A stretch of DNA of 64,000 nucleotides from Lingula anatina (lineage: Eukaryota > Animalia > Brachiopoda). Below, piece by piece: positions 23,041 through 34,550 of the stretch (position 1 is the first letter of the stretch; each line of letters starts with the position of its first letter). A program made the translations under genes and the position numbers. The notes under the pieces are model-generated. The model saw nothing but the letters and a program-made list of their open reading frames with translations. It did no database searches and had not been told where the DNA came from. The DNA lies in the NCBI GenBank assembly GCA_051362555.1, contig JBPQGU010000016.1, positions 1,116,001 to 1,180,000 of the forward strand, read 5' to 3'.

Positions 23041-24023
23041 CCCCCCCCCCCCCCCAACCATGTGAGACTCTATCGTACCAGTAACCTCTGAAACTGAGGC
23101 CAAGAAAAATTCAATTCAAACTGGTAACCAGCCAAGGAATCTTCAAATCAAAATTTGTAGCCAAATATTTAATTAACTGTGTCAATGCTTATGCAGAAAC
23201 ATGATTTTACTTGTAGATCTATGCAAGTCTTATTTAAAATCTTAATTTGTGTTATCTTATTTTATTATCTTATTTATTCTTATTATTATAATTTAATTCC
23301 TGAAAAAGAATGTTTAGTTTTACCGTCACTAGAGGTCACTACTGTCATTGTTTTGAAAAGGAGTGTGTACTGCGAGTCCAAAGGTCCATTGTCCAAAATA
23401 GGTATCACTGGACCAACAAATATGACAGAACTGACAGAAAAAAAACATATATGCAGAAAAACAAATTAACAGGTCAATAATCAAACTGGTCAAAATTGGA
23501 CATGGGAAATCATCAAAATTTTGAAAAAATTGTATCGATTATTAAGTAATTAAGTAACAAAAAACAAAAGAAATTGGTCTTAATATTGGCCGATCCAGAA
23601 TCAACTTGCAGAATTCTGTTAAAACAACACAGTCAATGAAAATCTATTTGGAAATCAGACCAATGAATGTCTAGTGATAAACACATCATTTCTCAACAAT
23701 GAAATCCCCTGACAACAATTTATACCAATGAAGCACCCGCATACAACATCTAAGGTTACTAGCACTCTCTTTCTTTATTTAACTTGAGTTTCATTATCAA
23801 GTAATCAATATGCATATGTTCTGAGGGCAAAATGACATCCCAACCTGAGAAACAATAACCATATTGTTTTATTTTCAAAGTTGCCTTTCTCATGCTACCT
23901 GAAACCTAGGAATGTATTAATCACTCACGCATGACACACTGAAAAATGACAGGCACATAATCATCTTAACTTTTTATCTTTTTTAGGTTTGGTTTGCATT
24001 CTACATTCTCATTATTATATAAA

Positions 24024-26672
24024 CTAGAGGATCAGAGAGGCGATACCGCCTCCAAATATTGTACCACCAGCTGGAGCAAACGCATTCGTATAGACCCCCA
24101 CATACACAAAATAAGGGACACAGCCACCAGTTTTGTGCTTGACAAGCTGTAAAAATGCAATCAACAAGAATTTTTTAACTATTGCAAAAAATATATATGG
24201 TACAATCAAATTTAAGTTCTTCGTAAGGTAGGTCAAGGGTCAATTTCAAGGTCACACTTAGATTGCCAGTATAGGACTTCCTATTCAACTTCAATAGTAA
24301 CTATGGACCTATCTCAGCCAGTTTTGGAGATAAAAGGGAAGCAAAATTTGCAAAATTCAGTTCATGGTGAAAAGTAGGTCAAAGGTCAATTTCAAGGTCA
24401 CATTTAGATTGCCAGTATATGACTTTCTATTCAAGTTCAATAGTAACTATGGACCTATCTCTGCCAGTTTTGGAGATAAAAGGGAAGCAAAATTTGCAAA
24501 CTTCAGTTTATGGTGAAAAGTAGGACAAAGGTCAATTTTAATGTCACATTTATAATGCCAGTATATGACTTCCTATTCAAGTTCAATAGTAACTACGGAC
24601 CTATCTCAGCCAGTTTTGGAGATAAAAGGAAAGCAAAATTTGCAAAATTCAGTTCATGGTGTAAAGTAGGTCAAAGGTCAATTTTAAGGTCACATTTAGA
24701 TTGCCAGTATATGACTTCCTATTCAAGATCAATAGTAACTACGGACCTATCTCAGCCAGTTTTGGAGATAAAAGGAAAGCAAAATTTGCAAAATTTAGTT
24801 CATGGTGTAAAGTAGGTCAAAGGTCAATTTTAAGGTCACATTTAGATTGCCAGTATATGACTTCCTATTCAAGTTCAATAGTAACTATGGACCTATCTCT
24901 GCCAGTTTTGGAGATAAAAGGGAAGAAAAATTTGCAAAGTTCAGTTCATGGTGAAAAGTAGGTCAAAGGTCAATTTTAAGGTCACATTTAGATTGCCAGT
25001 ATATGACTTCCTATTCAAGTTCAATAGTAACTACGGACCTATCTCAGCCAGTTTTGGAGATAAAAGGGAAGCAAATTTTGCAAAGTTCAGTTTATGGTGA
25101 AAAGTAGGTCAAAGGTCAATTTTAAGGTCACATTTAGATTGCCAGTATATGACTTCCTATTCAAGTTCAATAGTAACTACGGACCTATCTCAGCCAGTTT
25201 TGGAGATAAAAGGAAAGCAAAATTTGCAAAATTCAGTTCATGGTGAAAAGTAGGTCAAAGGTCAATTTTAATGTCACATATAGATTGCCAGTATATGACT
25301 TCCTATTCAAGTTCAATAGTAACTACGGACCTATCTCTGCCAGATTTGGAGATAAAAGGAAAGCAAAATTTGCAAAATTCAGTTCATGGTGTAAAGTAGG
25401 TCAAAGGTCAATTTTAAGGTCACATTTAGATTGCCAGTATATGACTTCCTATTCAAGTTCAATAGTAACTATGGACCTATCTCTGCCAGTTTTGGAGATA
25501 AAAGGGAAGAAAAATTTGCAAAGTTCAGTTCATGGTGAAAAGTAGGTCAAAGGTCAATTTCAAGGTCATAGTAAGATTGCCAGTATATGACTTCCTATTC
25601 AACTTCAATAGTAACTATGGACCTATCTCTGCCAGTTTTGGAGATATAAGGGACTAGATGTTATAATTTTGGAGTTACCATAATGTGCCTTAAATTTCGT
25701 ACAGAAAAAATTAATTAAAATAAAGAAAATGTCATTTTGGTCAAAATTCTTGAAATAGGAGGTGCTCTGAAGTTTCAGAAGTTCAAATTTGATGAAATAA
25801 TGTCATTTTTGACCACAAGTTGTCTGCTTTGCCAAGCCTTATATTTTATTTTTCCAGAGTTCAAAATTTATTATCCATTACCGTACTGCACATTTTGCTT
25901 TTACCACCAATATGTACTTTTTGATACAGCGTAACTCGAAAACCGTATGGAATACAAAAAAACCGAGACCACCTCCAGTGTTGGGCTTTACATGCTCTAC
26001 AAAATGCAAAAAAGAATGGGTCTCTAGCATTAACGGTTCCCGAATTAGAGACAGTTTTCAGTTTCGGTATCTTATGGCCGCTACTCCCGTGAAAATGCAC
26101 CGATTGACCCCAAATTCATGGAGATGAAAGATGACCTGAAGGGTAACACTTCCCAATAATATTATTGGTTAAGTCTGTGTGGTGTCTGAATAACAGGGCA
26201 AAAAAAAAATTTTTCGTAAAAAATTTCATTTTTTTGAAAATTTTGGCCCATTTGACCTTGAAGTAGAGGTCAAAGGTCAAATCCAAGGGTATATTTGAAA
26301 TCTACACATATGACTTTTGGAAAGCCGTCTATAGAAATTTTTCCCATAACTCCTTCCATAGGGTAGATAATTAGTATTTAATTTTGCCATTTTTAGACAA
26401 GGGTGCATTGCAATGAGTGCCACACCCAGACCCCAATACCGACAAAGCCCAAATTTTACGTGGAACGAGTTGAGATTATAGGTGACCTAAATCCATGAGA
26501 TGGGTACGGGGGCCCTTACCGTCTAGGAGGAGAAGCGGTAACGGTAGCCGTCCGGCGGAGCCGGCGGAGCCGGCGGAGCCAACGGAGCCGGCGGAGCCGG
26601 CGGAGCCGGCGGAACGATCCGGACGGGACCGAAACCATGTGTACCGCCAGCGCTAACGCTGGTGGTACAATA
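24024..26672 (-). mobile_element. Non-autonomous Helentron/HINE (DINE-1-like) element, copy A, with a 146-bp tandem array
   Basis: 5' subTIR ATTGTACCACCAGC plus adjacent inverted repeat, (CCGCCGGCT)n microsatellite, about 10 x 146-bp array (24230-25650), 3' subTIR, GAGGCG..CGCCTC hairpin, CTAG end, T-rich target with no TSD. Confidence 0.85.
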
Positions 26673-29020
26673 AATTATAAGTATCAAGACCAGTGAAGCA
26701 TCAACATTTTTATTACTTAAGTAAAACATTCTTATTTCTACATTATTTCATTTATTTAGTTTTCATTCATTAGTTATTTATTTATTCATATAATATGTAA
26801 ACCAATTATCCTGACCACTGACACATTTCTTATTTCCCAACTCACTCACAATAATCCCTAATCTAAAAGCTATATGATATATGCAGTATTTTACGGCATT
26901 GGTGGAATTTTTTGCATTGCCTTAGTGTGCTCAGAGTCCGAAACCACAACATCTGTGTTAAACTGTGCACCGCAATCCCCTGCCAAGGATCATCTATATA
27001 CATGTATATTCAACCCTGTACGGTAATTACTCTGTAATTTCAAACAATTATACTAATTAAAAGAGAAAGCAAAAAGTTAGTATGACTTTGAATTTTGGAT
27101 TCTAATATTTTGGAAAGTTAGTGAGTTAGTTCTCTTTGAGTCAGAAAGTATACCACAGTAAGCATATGGAAATGATAAATTTTGAAAAAGTGAAAAAAAA
27201 AATAAAGAAAAGTTAGGCCTTTCAATAGCAATTACCGTACATATATGAACCAAAAGCCACGTACAAGTATGAGGATGCAAACCAACACATAGACCCCTCA
27301 GGGTAAATTATTTTAAGATAAGCCCTGTAGTCCCCCACCTGATATGCATAAAAGCGTTTAGAAAAGCTCTTTCCTTCAATATGTGATGTGGCCAAACAAT
27401 TTTCACGGTGCATTAAGATAAACAGTAAAAGAATATCCACAATAAATTCGGCAACCGAGAGGTGCGGCAACATATAGATAATTGCGGTAGTATTTATGCC
27501 GAAACATCAAAATAAATAGCCCCGCCGTTCGAGCCTTTTAATCAGATTCAGATCAGATTAACCAATCAAAGCAACGGAAAGGGGGTCACGTCACCTTCCC
27601 ACCAGGCCATGCCATGTAAACAAAGCAGCATGGTCGGCTGTAATGAAGAGTCTGAGGAGGGAGACGCGAAATCTTCGCCAAATTCTCATCTTTCGTGTTG
27701 CATGCACATAGAAGAAGGTAGCTAATTAAGAGACTCTAGATACCATCACACGTGTTCGCTGGGAAAATTTTAGAGTCGCAGCGAAACAATGGCGGAAATT
27801 TGGCAGCAGAGAAGCCGCTGCTGTTCAGTGGATCCGTACAGTACGGATTTAGATAAAGGATTCGACGATTGGGAAGCCAAACCACGATGTCACTTTTCTT
27901 GCTACAGAAAGCTAACTAACAAGAAGGGGCTATCTCAGGCGGCAAAGAAGTATGAGAAAGCTGAGAAACAAGGCAGTCCTGCTGAAGAAGGTATGTCAAC
28001 ATATTGTAATTTGTTTTTAAATCAGCCCTGATCGTGTGATGTTTACATTGTACGTGGCTGATGTTACATAACAATATGTGACTGATAAAAGTGATATGAA
28101 AGAAAGAAAAAAAAAAGACAATGATAAAAAAGTTTATTAGTGTTATTATTATTTTATTTGTAAATACTTAGAGGTTTTAAGATATGAAACAACTCATTCT
28201 CTGTTGAATAAGACCCCATTTCCAGAGATTAGATATATCTACTTTAGGGGTTCACGCTAAACAGCTGTCAGTGGGGCGGACACGAAAGTTAAATACCCCC
28301 TTACAGCTTGTAGTAGGCGGGACGGACATTTAAGCCGGATTATCTGACAGTAATCTAGTGAGACTCCCTGCGGGGACAGATCAATCTAAAAGCTCTGGGA
28401 ATACAGCCTAAGCTAGCTGTATGTTCTTGCCATGATTAACATCTCATTATTAGTTCATCCATATTAGCATTGCATTTACACAAAATAATGTAAGGCTTCA
28501 CACAACAAGATATACAAACATATGTTATGGTGGGATTTTATGAGACAGAGGCTTAAGTATCATGGTAGAATCTTTTATGTTATTTGTGGAGTGTTCCTCC
28601 CCCCCAGTTACATTGTTGCACATGTGCAACCATTAGTGAATATAAATATGTATAGGCTAAGCCCAACTTCAATGAGAATGTATTTTAGGGAATATTTACT
28701 GTATCTTGTGAGCCAGAAAAAGTAGGATAGCTTTTCACAGAACAAGCTGCAATGTGATTAATTTAATTAGGACTGTTAGGAATAATCCTTGTAACTTTCC
28801 CTTATGAATAAAATCAGTAAAGGTATACATAAATAGTATCAATAAAGAAATACGTTGACAAACAGTATCAATTAAGGAATAATTATAATGAGTAGGGTGA
28901 CTGGTAGATGTAGTTCAGTTTAAAGAGAAGAGTCACTTTTATTCAAGGCATCTGATATTAATCTGGGCAGCAGAATGCTAGTGGGCTCCCTATTAATTAT
29001 TAGATCTTTAAACTTGATTT

Positions 29021-32000
29021 ATTGTACCACCAGCGTTAGCGCTGGCGGTACACATGGTTTCGGTCTCGTCCGGATCGTTCCGCCGGCTCCGCCGGCTCCG
29101 CCGGACGGCTACCGTTACCGCTTCTCCTCCTAGACGGTAAGGCCCCCCATACCCATCTCATGGATTTAGGTCACCTATAATCTCAACTCGTTCCACGTAA
29201 AATTTGGGCTTTGTCGGTATTGGGGTCTGGGTGTGGCACTCATTGCAATGCACCCTTGTCCAAAAATGGCAAAATTAAATGCTAATTATCTACCCTACGG
29301 AAGGAGTTACGGGAAAAATTTCTACAGACGGCTTTCCAAAAGTCATATGTGTAGATTTCAAATATACCCTCAGATTTGACCTTTGACCTTTACTTCAAGG
29401 TCAAATGGGCCAAAATTTTCAAAAAAATGAAATTTTTTACGAAAAAAAAATTTTTTGCCCTGTTATTCAGACACCACACAGACTTAAGCAATAATATTAT
29501 TGGAAAGTGTTACCCTTCAGGTCATCTTTCATCTCCGTGAATTTGGGGTCAATCGGTGCATTTTCACAGGAGTAGCGGCCATAAGATACCGAAACTGAAA
29601 ACTGTCTCTAATTCGGGAACCGTTAATGCTAGAGACCCATTCTTTTTTGCATTTTGTAGAGCATGTAAAGCCCAACACTGGAGGTGGTCTCGGTTTTTTT
29701 GTATTCCATACGGTTTTCGAGTTACGCTGTATCAAAAAGTATATATTGGTGGTGAAAGGAAAATGTACGGAAGCCCACTGGTGCCATATGTAGAAAAAAA
29801 AATTATCTCGAAATTTCGAGATACTATTTTGAAATTTGAACAAAAAAATTTACCACCAGCGTTAGCGCTGGCGGTACACATGGTTTCGGTCCCGTCCGGT
29901 CCGTTCCGCCGGCTCCGCCGCCATGTTACCGTTACCGCTTCTCCTCCTAGACGGTAAGGGCCCCCGTACCCATCTCATGGATTTAGGTCACCTATAATCT
30001 CAACTCGTTCCACGTAAAATTTGGGCTTTGTCGGTATTGGGGTCTGGGTGTGGCACTCATTGCAATGCACCCTTGTCTAAAAATGGCAAAATTAAATGCT
30101 AATTATCTACCCTACAGAAGGAGTTACGGGAAAAATTTCTATAGACGGCTTTCCAAAAGTCATATGTGTAGATTTCAAATATACCCTCGGATTTGACCTT
30201 TGACCTTTACTTCAAGGTCAAATGGGTCAAAATTTTCAAAAAAATGAAATTTTTTATGAAAAAAAAATTTTTTGCCCTGTTATTCAGACGCCACACAGAC
30301 TTAACCAATAATATTATTGGAAAGTGTTACCCTTCAGGTCATCTTTCATCTCCGTGAATTTGGGGTCAATCGGTGCATTTTCACAGGAGTAGCGGCCATA
30401 AGATACCGAAACTGAAAACTGTCTCTAATTCGGGAACCGTTAATGCTAGAGACCCATTCTTTTTCATTCATTTTGTAGAGCATGTAAAGCCCAACACTGG
30501 AGGTGGTCTCGGTTTTTTTGTATTCCATACGGTTTTCGAGTTACGCTGTATCAGAAAGTACATATTGGTGGTGAAAGGAAAATGTACGGAAGCCGACTGG
30601 TGCCATATGTAGAAAAAAAAATTATCTCGAAATTTCGAGATACTATTTTGAAATTTGAACAAAAAAAATTTTTATCTCGAAATTTCGAGATAGCATTTTG
30701 AAATTTGAACAAAAAAAAAATTATCTCGAAATTTCGAGATAGCATTTTGATATTTGAGCAAAAAAATTTATCTCGAAATTTCGAGATAGTATTTTGAAAT
30801 TTGAACAAAAAAAATGCTATCTCGAAATTTCGAGATAATTTTTTTTTTCAACATATGGCACCAGTCGGCTTCCGTAAAAATGTGCAGTACGGTAATGGAT
30901 AATAAATTTTGAACTCCGGAAAAATAAAACATAATGCTTGGCAAAGCAGACAACTTGTGGTCAAAAATGACATTATTTTATCAAATTTAAACTTCTGCAA
31001 CTTCAGAGAACCTCCCATTTCAAGAACTTTGACCAAAATGACCTTTTCTTTATTTTAATTAATTTTTTCTGTAGGAAATTTATGGCACATTATGGTAACT
31101 CCAAAATTATAACATTTAGTCCCTTATATCTCCAAAACTGGCAGAGATAGGTCCATAGTTACTATTGAAGTTGAATAGGAAGTCATATACTGGCAATCTT
31201 ACTGTGACCTTGACATTGACCTTTGACCTACTTTTCACCATGAACTGAACTTTGCAAATTTTGCTTCCCTTTTATCTCCAAAACTGGCAGAGATAGGTCC
31301 ATAGTTACTATTGAAGTTGAATAGGAAGTCATATACTGGCAATCTTACTGTGACCTTGAAATTGACCTTTGACCTACTTATCACCATGAACTGAACTTTG
31401 CAAATTTTGCTTCCCTTTTATCTCCAAAACTGGCAGAGATAGGTCCATAGTTACTATTGAACTTGAATAGGAAGTCATATACTGGCAATTTTACTGTGAC
31501 CTTGAAATTGACCTTTGACCTACTTTTCACCTTGAACTGAACTTTGCAAAATTTGCTTCCCTTTTATCTCCAAAACTGGCAGAGATAGGTCCATAGTTAC
31601 TATTGAAGTTGAATAGGAAGTCATATACTGGCAATCTTACTGTGACCTTGAAATTGACCTTTGACCTACTTTTCACCATGAACTGAACTTTGCAAATTTT
31701 GCTTCCCTTTTATCTCCAAAACTGGCAGAGATAGGTCCATAGTTACTATTGAAGTTGGATAGGAAGTCATATACTGGCAATTTACTGTGACCTTGAAATT
31801 GACCTTTGACCTACCTTACAATGAACTTAACTTTGATTGCACCATTTTTAGTTATATATATTTTTTGCATATTTTGAAAATTCTTGTTGATTGCATTTTT
31901 ACAGCTTGTCAAGCACAAGACTGGTGGCTGCACCCCTTATTTTGTGTATGTGGGGGTCTATACGAATGCGCTTGCTCCAGCTGGTGGTACAATATTCGGA

Positions 32001-32027
32001 GGCGGTATCGCCTCTCTGATCCTCTAG
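29021..32027 (+). mobile_element. HINE copy B: duplicated 5' part (29021-29850) followed by a full element (29851-32027)
   Basis: Reverse complement of copies A and C; about 5 x 146-bp array at 31125-31820; ends with hairpin plus CTAG|TTT. Confidence 0.85.
30585..30876. mobile_element. MITE with TAC...GTA termini and 6-bp TSD (IS3EU-like), nested in HINE B
   Basis: 26-bp perfect TIR TACGGAAGCCGACTGGTGCCATATGT; AAAATG duplicated (30579-30584 and 30877-30882); copies A and C show the empty site. Confidence 0.85.
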
Positions 32028-34550
32028 TTTGTCTTAGTTGCAACAAATATTAAACAGTGGGTCTCATTTGCCTATAGTTTGTTACAGCTTAGTTCCTCAT
32101 AAAAGGAACATGTTGAGCCACTAATACATTGAATCCTATACCTACCCTATGCCCTTTGAATCATGAGGATATATGTAATTATAGTTGTTAATATCACTTG
32201 GTGTCAATCATGTGATAAACTCACATGCGACTGTCTTATCTTATTTCATTATTATTTATTTATTTTATAGTTAAATCATAGTGATTGTATATACAATTGC
32301 ACTTGCAACAATCAAGGATTTGCGGTCTGCTCTGTATTTGCTAAATCATTTGTGTATCCAGGTATCCAGATGTTTTTATTTGAAATATGTATTCTATGTT
32401 GTCTTTTTATTTATACAGGGCAACTGTTTTTATAACTGAATTTTGAGCACATTACTATTTTTACATATCTTTGTTACACCCACTTGGATATTTATCCAAT
32501 GTTAAAGTTGTTTCTGTAGTAGTCAGTATCTGCACATTATAATGCACTAATATATATGGTATGAAAAGTAAAATGTTATTTTGCTTCTTTTACAGAACCA
32601 TCAACCAGTTGTACTCTTCCCAAAATACAAGGTCCATCTCCCAAGAAATTGAGATCAGTCTCAGGGTTTGGTATATCAAAGTCACCAGTGCTGCCAGCTA
32701 TCTGCATTATTTGTAAAAAAAAAAAAAGTTGTGGTCACTTAGTCTAATTTTTGCAAGTGTTTTGATATTTAATGGGGAGACACTCATTTTGATGTAATTT
32801 TCACATTCATAATATTTTTTTTATTGTTTTGTATGCCCTTAATTTGTTTGAGATTGAGCTATTTAATTCCTGCCAGAAGTGTTTTTCGATTTTTATGTTC
32901 AATATTTCTAAAAGGTTTTCTATTTGATATAATTTCTTTGGTGGGTTGTTATCTTCGGATAGATTCTGTCCATGTGTTTCCCTTTGTATCTTGCTCAAGA
33001 CTGTGCACCTGATTTACAGTTCTATTATGTACTAGTACTAGTTGTTCCAGTCTAAGACTAATCTTTAGACAGGTTTAGTTATAGTTGAAATAATAGGGTA
33101 ACTGCCAAGCTTAGCTCTAAAAATGGTATTGCTAGCCTGCTTTCTTAGACCTAAAATCCATTTGCAAAACTTTAAGTGTACCTGTTCGAATGGCATTTTA
33201 TTAATCTTTTTCAGATATGCACAAGAAATGTAGAAACTTATAATTTCACAGTTGAAATAATTAAGTTGGAAAAATATATTATATATATCATAAAAGCCTT
33301 GTTAAATGTGAGCTGTTATTTCTTTTAATATGCTGTTATTACTAGACAATGCTGCAATTAATTGCAACAATTAAACTTCTTTAAAAATTGTACCTCTGCA
33401 ATTTAAAGATAAACTTGAACATAAAAAACTCAATTATTCTACCTAGTGAAGCACTTATATATTTTTGAAATAATTTTTTGAGCACTTGCCAGCTTCATAA
33501 ACAGACAGTCCGCATGATACCTAGTTTGTAACTCTACACATATATTTATACTATTTATCAGTGTAAAATATTGAGTCAAATAATTTTAAGTGATTATATG
33601 CGCTTTAACACACCTGAGAATTTAAAATGCATTCAATGTAACATTACTGAACATACATGCAAGTGATTATATGATCACTATATTGGGTAATAGTGTGACC
33701 TGTGTGCGATTGTAGAAGTGGTACAGTGCACAGTCTACGGGCTATACTACATACCTTTTTGCCGTGAATTCACGTCATCATTTAGCCAATTATATAAATA
33801 CACCTAAAATACATGTATTTTCCAACTATTTAAATCTTTCTCTCGATATTGACATCGATTTTAAAAACCTAGGACGTATTTTTTTTATTGAAACAACGCA
33901 TGGGAATCATCTATTAAATGTGCAAGCTTCGCATGGAAATTCATTGTTTACATCGATCAGATGTAGGTCAAGTGATCACGTGACCCCTTTCCATTGCTTT
34001 GATTGGTTTAAAGGGTAGAACGGCAGCACTTGGAACTACTCGGATGTCTCCGCACTCGACAGTCGAGGATTGCCGATTGGAACGGCAGGGCTATTCATTT
34101 TGATGTTTTGGCATAAATACTATCGCAATTATCTATATGTTGGCGCATCCTACGGTTGCCGAATTTATTGTGGATATTTTTTAACTGTTTATCTTCATGG
34201 CACCGTGAAAATTGTCTGGCCACTGGAGCTTTTCACACAATGAAACGATAGACCAGTGTAGGTAAGGGACTACTGGGCAACACCACCATACATGCACTGT
34301 AAATGGGTTTTGAAGCCAGTTAATTCAAGCAGAACATGACCATAGGCATGTGACCCAGCCCAAACAGTGGAAAATAAACTGTGAAATGTATTCCACTTAG
34401 ATTCCTGAATTAAATAAACATCAAGTGCACGCAGAGAGCTCAGTTGTCCAATTCAATTCTGTTGTTTATTTTTCTTTTGTTGTGAACACAACACTGAGAA
34501 AAATAGCAATAACTTCAACAAAATATTAACATGAGTTTGTACAATAACAA

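Larger units (their letters stand above)
27630..32728 (+). pseudogene. Transposase N-terminal remnant (two exons)
   Basis: Phase-1 donor G|GTATGT at 27991 joins in frame to acceptor tacag| at 32595; exon 1 is disrupted; the rest of the gene is missing. Confidence 0.55.
27321..34279 (+). mobile_element. Decayed, internally deleted DNA transposon (Academ-like), interrupted by HINE copy B
   Basis: Long imperfect TIRs (27321-27595 versus 33978-34279). Two spliceable remnants: 27630-27990 (CHFSCYRKLTNK, with stop and frameshifts) and 32596-32728 (SPKKLRS...VLPAICIICKK). No TSD discernible. Confidence 0.65.

Noticed and set aside
24230-25650. 146-bp array as a CRISPR array or as coding sequence (ORFs 24510, 24701, 25240 and equivalents in B and C)
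   Set aside because: Units are contiguous near-identical repeats with no unique spacers and no cas genes; the ORFs are by-products of the repeat.
26523-26729. Signal-peptide-like, Pro/Ala-rich ORF (and Arg-rich ORFs at 37226 and 37282)
   Set aside because: Translation of the (CCGCCGGCT)n microsatellite at the HINE 5' end.
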